64,000 bases of DNA from an uncultured Verrucomicrobiae bacterium. Lineage in GTDB: Bacteria; Verrucomicrobiota; Verrucomicrobiia; Chthoniobacterales; JAFAMB01. Position 1 is the first letter of the stretch. The number at the start of each line of letters is the position of its first letter. Below are positions 39,526-49,247 of this stretch, in pieces. Position numbers and translations under genes: made by a program. A model generated the notes under the pieces. That model had not been told where the DNA came from and searched no databases. It saw only the letters and a list, made by a program, of their open reading frames with translations. The stretch covers positions 64,001 through 128,000 of the forward strand of contig CAWEXO010000001.1 in assembly GCA_963813025.1 (NCBI GenBank), written 5' to 3'.

Positions 39526-40637
39526 AGATAGCAGCGATCCTCGCCAGCCCAGGCGAGTGGGCGACCTCGAGCGCTGATCAACATCCAATTGTCATCAGCA
39601 GCCGGGTTCGGCTCGCCCGCAACCTGGCCCGCGCGCCCTTCCCGGGATGGGCAAAAAAATCCGAGCGCATGCGGATCCTGGATGAGATTAAGCCGGAGGT
39701 TGATGCCCTCGAAAGTATGTCTGACGCCTTCTCCACTCCGCTCAACGAATTGAGCGCCATGGAAAAGCAGGTGCTGGTCGAACGGCACTTGATCAGTCGC
39801 GAACACGCCGCGAAAGGCATGGGTAGCGCCGTTATCATTAATCCGTCGCAGACGGTGAGCATCATGATTAACGAAGAGGATCATCTCCGGATGCAGGCGA
39901 TCACCTCGGGTTTTGGTTTGCCGAGAACCTTTCAAATGATTGATGAAGTGGACACCGCTCTGGAAGCCCATCTGGAGTTCGCTTTTGATCCGCGTTTCGG
40001 CTATTTGACAGCCTGTCCGACCAATGTTGGCACCGGGATCCGCGCTTCGGCCATGGTCCACCTCCCGGGTCTGGTGTTGGGTGAGCAGATCAACCAGGTG
40101 GTGAATTCAGTGAACAAGATCGGGCTGGCCGTTCGCGGCCTCTACGGCGAAGGCACTGAGGCCATGGGCAATCTCTTTCAGGTCTCTAACCAGACGACTC
40201 TGGGCGAGAAAGAATCGCAGATTATCGATCGCCTCGGAAAAGTGGTTGAAACGCTGGTCCAGCGAGAAACGCAGGCTCGCGCCAATCTGCTGGAGACGAA
40301 ACGAAACGTCTTCCTCGATCAGGTGGGACGCGCCTTCGGGATTCTGACCAACGCCTACTCGATTTCCTCAAAAGAAGCGTTGAACCTGCTTTCGATCATC
40401 CGGCTGGGAATTGACTTGAGGATTTTCCCCGAGGAAGGGCGCTGCTTAATCAATCAGCTTCTGATGGAAACCCAACCGGCCCATCTACAACTCTCTTCCA
40501 AACAAAAACTGGCGGCCGAGGAACGGGACAATCTCCGGTCTGATCTTATCCGGGAGAAGTTGAAAAACTTTCCTAAACCACCTAATACTAGAGCGTCGGA
40601 CAGCCCGCCGGGAAGTTCGGCTTCGGAAGCAAGATGA
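39522..40637 (+). CDS. mcsB: Protein arginine kinase McsB
   Basis: SSRVRLARN, INEEDHLR, LTACPTNVGTG.RAS, RGLYGEG. Confidence 0.95.
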   Translation: MKIAAILASPGEWATSSADQHPIVISSRVRLARNLARAPFPGWAKKSERMRILDEIKPEVDALESMSDAFSTPLNELSAMEKQVLVERHLISREHAAKGMGSAVIINPSQTVSIMINEEDHLRMQAITSGFGLPRTFQMIDEVDTALEAHLEFAFDPRFGYLTACPTNVGTGIRASAMVHLPGLVLGEQINQVVNSVNKIGLAVRGLYGEGTEAMGNLFQVSNQTTLGEKESQIIDRLGKVVETLVQRETQARANLLETKRNVFLDQVGRAFGILTNAYSISSKEALNLLSIIRLGIDLRIFPEEGRCLINQLLMETQPAHLQLSSKQKLAAEERDNLRSDLIREKLKNFPKPPNTRASDSPPGSSASEAR

Positions 40638-43108
40638 TGAACAATTTCACTCCACGTGCTCAACAGGTTTTGGCGCTTGCACGGAAGGAAGCGGATCGGT
40701 TTAACCACAACTATGTGGGCACCGAACACCTTTTACTCGGACTGATCAAACTCGGCCAGGGTGTCGCGGTAAACGTCCTGCAAAAAATGGGACTCGATCT
40801 GGAAACCGTCCGCATGGAGGTGGAGAAGAAGGTCGGCTCCCATCCCGAGACGAAAATGGTGGGCAACATCCCGTATACTCCCCGGGTCAAGAAAGTGCTC
40901 GCCCTCGCCGGCAAAGAAGCTAAAGCGCTCAACCATTCCTACGTCGGCACTGAACATATTTTATTAGGGTTGCTCCGTGAAGGTGAAGGAGTAGCCGCTC
41001 GAGTCCTCAAAAGTCTCGAGGTCGATATCGAAAGAACCCGCAACGAAATTTTAAAAGAATTGGACCCGAATTTTACACCGCCGGAAAGCGAGGCAGAGAG
41101 CCCGCAGGAAGGCAATAAAAAAGATGTTAAAACGCCCGCGTTGCGGGCGTTTGGTCGCGATTTGACTGAACTCGCGAAGAAAGGCGAGCTGGACCCGGTA
41201 ATCGGTCGCAAGAACGAGATCGAACGGGTAATTCAGATTCTTTGCCGGCGGACGAAAAATAACCCAGTGCTGCTCGGTGAAGCCGGTGTTGGCAAGACTG
41301 CCATTGTGGAAGGACTGGCTCAGGAAATCGGGGCCGGCAATGTTCCGGAATTGCTGCGTGACAAGCGGGTGATCACGCTGGACCTGGCCCTCATGGTTGC
41401 CGGAACGAAGTACCGCGGCCAGTTCGAAGAGCGAATCAAAGCGGTCATGGACGAAATCCGCCGCTCCAAAAATGTGGTGCTCTTCATTGACGAGCTTCAC
41501 ACGATTGTCGGTGCCGGTTCGGCGGAAGGCGCCATGGATGCCTCGAACATTATCAAACCGGCTCTGAGCCGGGGTGAACTGCAGTGCGTCGGGGCAACCA
41601 CGCTGAACGAGTATCGCAAATACATCGAGAAGGACGCCGCCTTGGAACGGCGATTCCAGACCGTGAAAGTCGAAGCTCCTACCGTTGAGGAGGCGATCCA
41701 GATCCTGCACGGACTACGACCGAAGTACGAGGCCCACCACAAGGCCAAACTTACGGATGAATCACTCGACGCGGCCGTCCGCCTCTCGGACCGATACCTT
41801 ACCGGCCGTTTTTTGCCGGACAAAGCAATCGACGTCATGGACGAAGCAGGTGCCCGCGCCCGCATCAATGCCATGACTCGTCCGCCAGATGTCAAAGAGA
41901 TCGAAAAGGAGATCGAAGTAATCCGGGCCGACAAGGAAGCTGCCATCAAAGCGCAGGATTTTGAAAAAGCGGCCGCGCTGCGGGATTCCGAAAAACAGGC
42001 GAAGGACAGGCTGGAACGGATCCTGGCCGAGTGGAGAGAAAGGCGGGAGGAGCACGAGGTTGTAGTCACGGCGGACGACATCATGCATATCGTCTCAAAG
42101 TGGACAGGTGTCCCTTTGAACCGTCTGGAAGAGCAGGAGACTCAGAAACTCCTGAAAATGGAAGACGAATTGCGGACGCGAGTCATCGGCCAGGACGAGG
42201 CGGTTATCGCGATCAGTAAAGCGCTCCGGCGTTCCCGGGCAGATTTGAAGGATCCGCGGCGGCCGATTGGTTCCTTCATTTTCCTGGGACCTACCGGCGT
42301 GGGCAAGACATTCCTCGCGCGGACTCTCGCGGAGTTTATGTTCGGCGACGCGGATGCCTTGATCCAGATCGACATGTCCGAATACATGGAAAAATTCACG
42401 GCTTCTCGATTGATCGGTTCGCCTCCCGGCTATGTGGGTTATGAGGAAGGCGGCCAATTATCCGAGGCGGTTCGCCGCCGGCCCTATTCGGTTGTTCTGT
42501 TTGACGAAGTCGAAAAGGCGCATCCCGACGTCATGCATCTGCTGCTGCAGATCCTGGAGGAAGGTAAGATAACTGACAGTCTCGGCCGCAAGATCGACTT
42601 CCGGAACACGATCATCATCATGACTTCGAATGTCGGGGCCGAATTCATCAAACGCCAAAACGCGATGGGTTTTGGCGCGGCGTCGGGCCACGAATCTTAC
42701 GAGGCGATGCGCGACAAGATCTTGGACGAAGCCAAACGCGGTTTCAAACCTGAGTTCCTGAACCGCTTGGACGATATGATCGTGTTTCACACGCTGTCCC
42801 GGCAGGATTTGGTGCAGATCGTCGATCTGGAGGTGGCCAAAGTAACCCAGCGGGTTCGTGCAAAAGACATTCACCTGCAGCTCGAGTCGAGCGCAGTCGA
42901 ATTTCTGATCGATAAGGGTTACGACCCGACCTACGGCGCGCGACCGATGCGGCGAGCGGTCGAACGGTACCTGGAAGACCCTCTTGCCGAGGAGCTTCTG
43001 CGAGCGCGCATCAAAGCCGGGGATACCGTTGAGGTTTACGCCGCGGGCGAGCAACTCGCTTTCCGTCCGGCCCACGCTGAGCAGCCGCAAACGGCGGAGG
43101 CCTCCTGA
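40634..43108 (+). CDS. clpC: ATP-dependent Clp protease ATPase ClpC
   Basis: Two Clp_N repeats, [11 protein letters not shown] middle domain, [14 protein letters not shown]. Confidence 0.97.
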   Translation: MMNNFTPRAQQVLALARKEADRFNHNYVGTEHLLLGLIKLGQGVAVNVLQKMGLDLETVRMEVEKKVGSHPETKMVGNIPYTPRVKKVLALAGKEAKALNHSYVGTEHILLGLLREGEGVAARVLKSLEVDIERTRNEILKELDPNFTPPESEAESPQEGNKKDVKTPALRAFGRDLTELAKKGELDPVIGRKNEIERVIQILCRRTKNNPVLLGEAGVGKTAIVEGLAQEIGAGNVPELLRDKRVITLDLALMVAGTKYRGQFEERIKAVMDEIRRSKNVVLFIDELHTIVGAGSAEGAMDASNIIKPALSRGELQCVGATTLNEYRKYIEKDAALERRFQTVKVEAPTVEEAIQILHGLRPKYEAHHKAKLTDESLDAAVRLSDRYLTGRFLPDKAIDVMDEAGARARINAMTRPPDVKEIEKEIEVIRADKEAAIKAQDFEKAAALRDSEKQAKDRLERILAEWRERREEHEVVVTADDIMHIVSKWTGVPLNRLEEQETQKLLKMEDELRTRVIGQDEAVIAISKALRRSRADLKDPRRPIGSFIFLGPTGVGKTFLARTLAEFMFGDADALIQIDMSEYMEKFTASRLIGSPPGYVGYEEGGQLSEAVRRRPYSVVLFDEVEKAHPDVMHLLLQILEEGKITDSLGRKIDFRNTIIIMTSNVGAEFIKRQNAMGFGAASGHESYEAMRDKILDEAKRGFKPEFLNRLDDMIVFHTLSRQDLVQIVDLEVAKVTQRVRAKDIHLQLESSAVEFLIDKGYDPTYGARPMRRAVERYLEDPLAEELLRARIKAGDTVEVYAAGEQLAFRPAHAEQPQTAEAS

Positions 43109-43209
43109 GGGGCTTGTCAAAAAACTAAATCGCTTGGGAGTGGGCGCGACGTGGCACCCGGTCATGTGCCGGTAGGGCAGTATCTGAGCAGGTCTGGCAA
43201 GGGAAAAAG

Positions 43210-44484
43210 TTAAAGTTTTTCACCGATTGGTGAGTGGCGTTTTTTGAGGACTTGGAGGTAGCGCTCTTCGTCATAAGGGGTGGGGTCCTGCCAGAGCCGG
43301 AAGATGACGCGGATCCATTTAAAGGCCAAGGCGCGCACGGCAGTGTGGTGGGACTTACCGCGGGCCATTTGCTCTTGATAATAGAGCTTGGCCCATTGGG
43401 AATAAGGAATGGAATGAGCCGCGAATTCGTGGAAGCTCTGGCACAGGAATTTGGAGCGAAAGCGCCGCCGCTGGACGCTTTTGGTTTGGCCGCTGCGCAC
43501 TTGGACCGGAGCGATTCCGCTTTTTTTCTGTACCTCCAGGGCTTGGGCAAAAGCCTGCCGATTGGAGCCAAAAGCCACCAACAAGCGCGGGGCTAATTGC
43601 GGGCCGGCTCCGGGCAGACTTTCAAAAATGTGCCGATCGGGATGTTTGGCAAACAGAGTGTGGATGGCTTTGTCAAAAGCCTTGATGGAATCTCGCAGCG
43701 GCAACAATTGACTGACCAAACACTTGCAACTCAGCACGGAGGGCTCCAGCAGAGAACGATCCTCGGTGACGGTTTGGGCCCGAGCAATCTTTTCCAAGCG
43801 CTCCTCGATCAAGCTCTGGCTGCGGCTGTGGTGCTGATAAAAAAAAGAGCGCAGGGTCTGGGGCTTGGCTTTTTTTAAACTCTGCAGGGTCGGCCAGCGT
43901 TTCAAAAAATGCAGCGCCAGAGTGGTGCCCAAATCATCGAGGAGCTCGAGGGCCAGCGGATAGTAGACTTTGAGTAAGCTGGTGAGTTGGTTTTCGCACA
44001 CCACGGAGGCCTCGACGGCTTTGCGTCGGTGCTGACCGAGCAAATCCAGTTCCCGCACTACCGGCTCCGAGGGTTGATAAAGCCGGAGCCGATCCCGATG
44101 GTGATCAACGAGCTCTTCGATCAATTGGCTGTCGCGAGGGTCATCCTTGGCGCCACTAGTAAAGAAGACCTTGCGGTATTCGCTTAAACTCAAAGGATTG
44201 AGCGGATAGAGGTCGATCCAGTCTCCCTGGGTGCGGAGCATTTCAAAGAGTGCTCCCCGATTTTGTTCAAAACCAATGGCCACCCGCCCCTGCGGACCAG
44301 CCAAGCTTTTGAGCTCTTCGAGCCAGGTCCGAACCGAAACGGGATCGGCGCCCAGCTGGAATGTCCGGCATCCTCCCTCCGGACCAGAGCGTTGACAGAC
44401 AGCGTGTTCTTTATCAGCCCAATCGATTCCCACGCTGACCATATAATGGGGATCTGGGACCGGAAACGGATTTGATCGGTTCAT
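43210..44484 (-). CDS. IS110 family DEDD transposase/recombinase
   Basis: GIDWA, GFEQ, KDDPRD (DEDD), SLPGAG, SGIAP...RSG; RBS AAGGAG. Confidence 0.95.
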   Translation of the reverse strand: MNRSNPFPVPDPHYMVSVGIDWADKEHAVCQRSGPEGGCRTFQLGADPVSVRTWLEELKSLAGPQGRVAIGFEQNRGALFEMLRTQGDWIDLYPLNPLSLSEYRKVFFTSGAKDDPRDSQLIEELVDHHRDRLRLYQPSEPVVRELDLLGQHRRKAVEASVVCENQLTSLLKVYYPLALELLDDLGTTLALHFLKRWPTLQSLKKAKPQTLRSFFYQHHSRSQSLIEERLEKIARAQTVTEDRSLLEPSVLSCKCLVSQLLPLRDSIKAFDKAIHTLFAKHPDRHIFESLPGAGPQLAPRLLVAFGSNRQAFAQALEVQKKSGIAPVQVRSGQTKSVQRRRFRSKFLCQSFHEFAAHSIPYSQWAKLYYQEQMARGKSHHTAVRALAFKWIRVIFRLWQDPTPYDEERYLQVLKKRHSPIGEKL

Positions 44485-44519
44485 GCTTGCTCCTTTTTTC
44501 TGGTTTTACCCAGCGCGAA

Positions 44520-44850
44520 AAAAGCCGCTTGGCTTTGGCCGTCCGAAATCCGTATAGTTAAGTCGTCGAAGTGTGAAGTGCTCGACCTCAACTAGAGTAT
44601 TCGTTGTGACGAATCAAAGCGCGACCGGCTGGCTCGAAACTCTGCCCTAAAGATCTCGCGGACCCGAAAATCCTATTCGTAGCCAGCCGGCGCGTCCTTC
44701 TTCGCGTGGGCAGCGCGGGATTTTGCCCGACTGCCCTTGGCAAAGAAAACCCTTTCTTTTTTCCAAAGCTTTCTTTTCTCCGGGCGGAGTTATTCACAAG
44801 CTGGAGCTCCGACCGGTAGGGCCTCCGACCACAGCTTGCTGAATAACTCC
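44520..44850 (-). ncRNA. Candidate IS110 bridge RNA (5' hairpin, target-binding loop, donor-binding loop)
   Basis: Stem-enclosed loops carry ATTTTCG/TAGGGC (match target) and ATACT/CTATAC (match end junction); begins just downstream of the junction -10. The 3' end is approximate. Confidence 0.75.
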
Positions 44851-44862
44851 GGACTTGCTATA

Positions 44863-44979
44863 CGAAAATTCATTCGAGCGCCAGGCGAGAACTTGTTTGA
44901 GCCGGGCGTTGGATGTGGCAGCTCAAGCGTCCGGCTCGAACGAGTCTTCGCCGAAGGCTCAGATGAATTCTCGCTACCG
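44863..44979. repeat. Right part of the interrupted family A repeat
   Basis: Colinear with 29366-29484. Confidence 0.85.
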
Positions 44980-45074
44980 ATTTTAGATTATTGCGGAGAC
45001 TGCCTCTTCCTCCGGCTTTCGTTGCTCCAGACCTTTTCCTTGCGCTCGGCCTGTTCGCGACGCGAGAATTTGCC

Positions 45075-45920
45075 ATGCTCTGGCAGGCACGCGGCCATCG
45101 TCTCGAATTGGGTCGGCAGGCCCAAATCATGGGTGTGCTGAATGTCACCCCGGATTCCTTCTCTGACGGTGGTCTTTACCTGGACCTCGACCGGGCTCTG
45201 ACCCACGCCCAAACGATGGCCGGCGCGGGGGCAGCCATTATCGACGTCGGAGGCGAATCCTCGCGTCCCGGCTCGGATCCGGTACCCCTCGAAGAGGAGG
45301 TTCGGCGAGTAGTCCCGGTGATTTCGGCCCTGCGGGAGCGATTGCCGGAAATCTTGATTTCTGTGGATACCTATAAGTCCGAGACCGCCCGTCAGGCGCT
45401 CGCGGCCGGAGCGGATATCGTGAATGACATTTCCGCCGCACGAGATCCAGAGATGCTCGCGGTCGTTCGGGAGTTCGGCGCCGGCATTATTCTGATGCAC
45501 ATGCAGGGAGTTCCGAAGACGATGCAGCTTTGTCCTGCTTACCGAAATGCGATCGACGAAGTCGTCGAATTCCTCGAGAGACGCCGAGATTCTCTGGTGG
45601 CGCAGGGCATCGCTCGAGAGCAGATTGGGCTTGACCCCGGATTTGGTTTCGGCAAACGGCTGCAGGACAATATTGTGCTGGCGGGTAACTTGAAGGAGTT
45701 GGCCAAGCTGGGTCAACCAGTCGTGGTTGGCCTTTCCAGAAAATCCAGCTTGGCCCAACTCCTCGGCGATCCGAAGTTGAACTACAGTGGACGGTTCTGG
45801 GCGACGATCGCTTTTACAAGCTACCTGCGCGAACAAGGCGCTCAGGTTGTGCGCGTGCATGATGTCCGGCCTAACGTAGAAGCAATTCGGATGACTGAGG
45901 CGATTCTGAACGATGAATGA
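45075..45920 (+). CDS. folP: Dihydropteroate synthase
   Basis: MGVLNVTPDSFSDGG, DVGGESSRPG, DPGFGFGK, SRKS, RVHDV. Confidence 0.96.
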   Translation: MLWQARGHRLELGRQAQIMGVLNVTPDSFSDGGLYLDLDRALTHAQTMAGAGAAIIDVGGESSRPGSDPVPLEEEVRRVVPVISALRERLPEILISVDTYKSETARQALAAGADIVNDISAARDPEMLAVVREFGAGIILMHMQGVPKTMQLCPAYRNAIDEVVEFLERRRDSLVAQGIAREQIGLDPGFGFGKRLQDNIVLAGNLKELAKLGQPVVVGLSRKSSLAQLLGDPKLNYSGRFWATIAFTSYLREQGAQVVRVHDVRPNVEAIRMTEAILNDE

Positions 45921-46731
45921 CTTTTTGTTCCAGTTCCTGAAAAATTACTGGAACGCCGGCATCGAGATCTTGCTGCTGGCCGTGGCTATCTATTACGGGT
46001 ATCTGTTTTTCCGGGGAACTCGCGGGGCCAAAGTGCTCACCGGATTGGCGATTCTTTTCATCCTGCTGACCCTCGTTTCTCAGCTCTTGAATCTCACGGT
46101 GATCGGCTGGCTCTTGCGGAGCCTGACCGCTTTTCTCGCGATCGCCCTAGTGGTTATCTTCCAGCCCGAACTTCGACGAGCTTTAGCCGAGCTCGGCAGC
46201 AGCCGGATCTTCGCCTCTCCGTCGCAGGAAAAGGAGACGATCGACCTCATCACCGAAACTGTTTTTGAGCTGGCCAGTCGCCAAATTGGAGCGCTTATCG
46301 CTATCGAGAAGGACACGGCCATTCGCAATTTTGCGGAAAGCGGAGTTAACCTGGACTGCGAAATCTCACCCGAGCTGTTACTGACCATCTTTTTTCCGAA
46401 GACTCCTCTTCACGACGGTGGAGTTATCATCCGTAACGATCGCATCAGTGCGGCCGCCTGCATTTTTCCGGTAAGCCAGCGCGAGGATCTGGATCGCACG
46501 CTCGGTCTCCGCCACCGGGCCGGCTTGGGAATCACTGAGGAATCCGACGCCGTCGCTATCGTAGTTTCGGAAGAAACCGGGAGTATTTCCATTTGCTCTC
46601 GCGGCAAGATCGAGCGCGGCTTTCACCCCGCTCAGTTCCAGAAGCGGCTTTCCGAGCTTCTCTTGCTCGATCACGCTCCATCGGAGGCCGAGGAGAGCGA
46701 CGAACTCCAACGCGAGCAAACAATCCCCTGA
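45913..46731 (+). CDS. cdaA: Diadenylate cyclase CdaA
   Basis: Three N-terminal TMs, FQPELRR.L, PLHDGG, GLRHRA, VSEETG. Confidence 0.95.
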   Translation: MNDFLFQFLKNYWNAGIEILLLAVAIYYGYLFFRGTRGAKVLTGLAILFILLTLVSQLLNLTVIGWLLRSLTAFLAIALVVIFQPELRRALAELGSSRIFASPSQEKETIDLITETVFELASRQIGALIAIEKDTAIRNFAESGVNLDCEISPELLLTIFFPKTPLHDGGVIIRNDRISAAACIFPVSQREDLDRTLGLRHRAGLGITEESDAVAIVVSEETGSISICSRGKIERGFHPAQFQKRLSELLLLDHAPSEAEESDELQREQTIP

Positions 46732-46886
46732 TGAATTTGAAACGAATCTTTCTGCATAACTGGCGCGCGAAGCTGATGTCCCTGGTGGTGGCATTCGCGG
46801 TTTGGTATCTCATCAAAAAAAATGTCGAATCAGCCCAGGAACAGTGGCGTTACGGTCGGCCGGTATCGGCCTTTGATCTTCGCTAG
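46731..46886 (+). CDS. 51-aa single-TM protein equivalent to the CdaR/YbbR membrane anchor
   Basis: MNLKRIFLHNWRAKLMSLVVAFAVWYLI; TGATG overlap with cdaA; sits between cdaA and glmM. Confidence 0.7.
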   Translation: MNLKRIFLHNWRAKLMSLVVAFAVWYLIKKNVESAQEQWRYGRPVSAFDLR

Positions 46887-46913
46887 CGAGGATCGATGAC
46901 CTGGCCGCGGCCG

Positions 46914-47080
46914 GCCATCGGCCATCAGTGTCAGTGTCAGTGCCAGTGCCAGTGCTAGTGCCAGTGCTAGTGCCAGTGCTAGTGCCAGTGCTAGTGTCAG
47001 TGCCAGTGCCAGTGTCAGTGCCAGTGCCAGCGCTGCCGGTTGTCATCGGTCATCGGCTATCGGCTATTGGTTATTAGCCA
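46914..47080. repeat. Composite hexamer (GTGYYA)n + heptamer tract
   Basis: About 17 hexamer units then GTTGTC and TCGGYYA-like units. Confidence 0.92.
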
Positions 47081-47138
47081 CTGTCCACTCGAACCTCAGA
47101 CGTTGAAGGTTGCCGGTGGACACGCTAGCCTCAGAGCC

Positions 47139-48494
47139 GTGTTAACTCGGCTTTTTGGTACTGATGGGATTCGCGGTTTGGCAAACGAGGAGCCGATTAC
47201 CCCGGCTTCCATCATTCGCCTGATGGAAAGCGCGACCCGCGTGCTGGCTCCCGGTGTCGCGCGGCCGGTCGCAATTATTGGCCGGGATACCCGCGCCTCT
47301 GGTGAACTCATGGAAGCCGCTGCCGCCACCGGCTTGGCTGGTTGCGGAGTCGACGTGTTGTTGGCCGGTGTCGTACCTACTCCCGCTGTCGCCTATCTTA
47401 CCGCTTCGTATCCGGCCTCATTCGGCGTCGTGATTTCGGCCTCTCATAATCCGTTCGAAGACAACGGGATCAAATTTTTTCGATCAACGGGTTACAAGCT
47501 GAGCGATGCGGAGGAAAGCAAGATCGAAGAGTACTTTTCGCAATCGAGCGATCAGCCGCAGCGACCTACTGGCCGCCAAATCGGCCGAATCACGGAATTG
47601 GTCAATGCCATCGACCGCTACGTTTCCTTCGCTCTGTCGACCTTCCCGAAAAACGTTTCTCTGCAGGGTCTCCGCCTCGCCTTGGATTTGGCCAATGGCG
47701 CGGCGCACCAATCGACTCCTCGGGTTTTGGAGCTTCTCGGCGCGAAACTCGAGGTCGGCTACGCTGATCCGGACGGCTACAATATCAACAAGGATTGCGG
47801 CTCAACGCATCCGGGTGCCTTGATCTCTCTCGTACGTCAGACCGGAGCAGATCTTGGTATCGCCCATGATGGCGACGCTGACCGCATTCTGTTCTGTGAT
47901 GAAAGCGGCAGCCCTTTGGACGGGGACGAGATCTTGGCCATCGCCGGCGCGGATCTCCTGAGGCGCCATGAACTGCGAGCCAACACCATCGTGGCGACCG
48001 TGATGAGCAACTATGGCCTCGACGAGATGATAAAAAAATTAGGCGGCCGCGTCGAGCGAACCAAGGTGGGCGACCACTGCGTGATGGACGCACTCCTGAA
48101 TGGCGATCTGAATTTTGGCGGTGAACAAAGCGGCCACATTATCTTTCGTGACCTGACGACAACCGGCGACGGTTTGATCACCGCCTTGCAGATGCTCTCC
48201 GTGCTGGTCTCCACTGGAAAAACGTTAGGCCAATTGCGCCGCGTCATGGAAAAATATCCGCAGGTGCAGCGCAACATTGCCGTTCGCGAAAAGATTCCAT
48301 TCGGTAAATTCCGACTGATCACCGACCAGCTCGCAATTGCTGAAAAGGAGTTAGCCGGAAAAGGTCGAGTCCTGCTCCGCTATTCCGGGACGGAACCGAA
48401 AGCACGCCTGCTGTTGGAAGGCCCGGACCGGCTCCTGCTTGAACAATTGGCTGATTCAATCGGACAGGCCGTAGAGAACACCCTGGGAGCGTGA
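47139..48494 (+). CDS. glmM: Phosphoglucosamine mutase
   Basis: LFGTDGIRG, ISASHNP..DNGIK, DGDADR, GGEQSGH, RYSGTEP; GTG start chosen because the longer ORF start lies in the satellite. Confidence 0.96.
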   Translation: MLTRLFGTDGIRGLANEEPITPASIIRLMESATRVLAPGVARPVAIIGRDTRASGELMEAAAATGLAGCGVDVLLAGVVPTPAVAYLTASYPASFGVVISASHNPFEDNGIKFFRSTGYKLSDAEESKIEEYFSQSSDQPQRPTGRQIGRITELVNAIDRYVSFALSTFPKNVSLQGLRLALDLANGAAHQSTPRVLELLGAKLEVGYADPDGYNINKDCGSTHPGALISLVRQTGADLGIAHDGDADRILFCDESGSPLDGDEILAIAGADLLRRHELRANTIVATVMSNYGLDEMIKKLGGRVERTKVGDHCVMDALLNGDLNFGGEQSGHIIFRDLTTTGDGLITALQMLSVLVSTGKTLGQLRRVMEKYPQVQRNIAVREKIPFGKFRLITDQLAIAEKELAGKGRVLLRYSGTEPKARLLLEGPDRLLLEQLADSIGQAVENTLGA

Positions 48495-49144
48495 ATTACC
48501 TGGTTACCGGCACTGATACCGACGTTGGCAAGACTTATATCGCCTCGCGTCTGATCCGGGCCTTGCGTGCCCAGGGACGCGATTGCATCGGAATGAAACC
48601 CTGGTGCTGCGGCAGCCTCGATGACGTTACCGAGCTGCAGGCGGCCAGCGACTTCGGTGAGCCGGAGAATGCGATCAATCCGGTTTTCTTTCGGACACCC
48701 GCCGCACCCTACGCTGCGTCGATGATCGAAGGCCGGATCATCGATCTGGCACAGGTTGAAGACGTTTTCCGCCCATTGACTGCTCGTCATGATGACGTGC
48801 TGGTCGAGGGTGCTGGCGGACTTCTCGTCCCGATTCTTCGCGACTTCGATTACCGGGATCTGGCTGTCGCGTGGGATCTCGCAGTTGTCGTGGTAGCGCC
48901 GAACCGCCTGGGCACGCTCAATCATACTCGTTTGACCATTGAAGCGCTGCGTGCCCGCAAGGTGCGGTGCTGCGGGGTTGTCCTGAACAGCCTGGAAGCG
49001 AGCGACGCTCCCGACCGCGTCACAAATCGTTCCGTGCTGGAATTGCTGGTCGACGTTCCCGTCTTCCCGGTTGAATTCCGTCAGACCGACTTGCGCGGGT
49101 GTGCGGAAAACCTGGGCATGTTCCGCCCGGGAGCTGGAATTTAG
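48491..49144 (+). CDS. bioD: Dethiobiotin synthase
   Basis: TGTDTDVGKT, VEGAGG, LGTLNHT.L. Confidence 0.95.
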   Translation: MNYLVTGTDTDVGKTYIASRLIRALRAQGRDCIGMKPWCCGSLDDVTELQAASDFGEPENAINPVFFRTPAAPYAASMIEGRIIDLAQVEDVFRPLTARHDDVLVEGAGGLLVPILRDFDYRDLAVAWDLAVVVVAPNRLGTLNHTRLTIEALRARKVRCCGVVLNSLEASDAPDRVTNRSVLELLVDVPVFPVEFRQTDLRGCAENLGMFRPGAGI

Positions 49145-49247
49145 GATCCAGAATATAGAGTCGGGCGCACAGGGTATCTGTTCCTTCGAGATCCAAGCTT
49201 CCAAAATTCTAACTCCTGGCTCCTGCCTCGAGGGAACTCCCCCCTCT

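Larger units (their letters stand above)
43179..44862 (-). mobile_element. Complete IS110-family insertion sequence inserted into a family A REP-like repeat
   Basis: Flanks CCGGTAGGGC (43169-43178) and CGAAAATTCATTCGAGCGCC (from 44863) rejoin into the intact repeat seen at 29357, with one shared C; no terminal inverted repeats. Confidence 0.9.

Noticed and set aside
38867..43108. mcsA-mcsB-clpC without ctsR as a novelty
   Set aside because: This arrangement is already known outside Firmicutes, including PVC bacteria.
43179..44862. IS1111-subgroup assignment of the IS
   Set aside because: No sub-terminal inverted repeats and the long non-coding end is upstream of the transposase.
46813..47046. 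ORF with TGTGTDTSTG repeats
   Set aside because: It is the translation of the hexamer satellite; the same applies to the N-terminal extensions of ORFs starting at 47040, 51350 and 57037.
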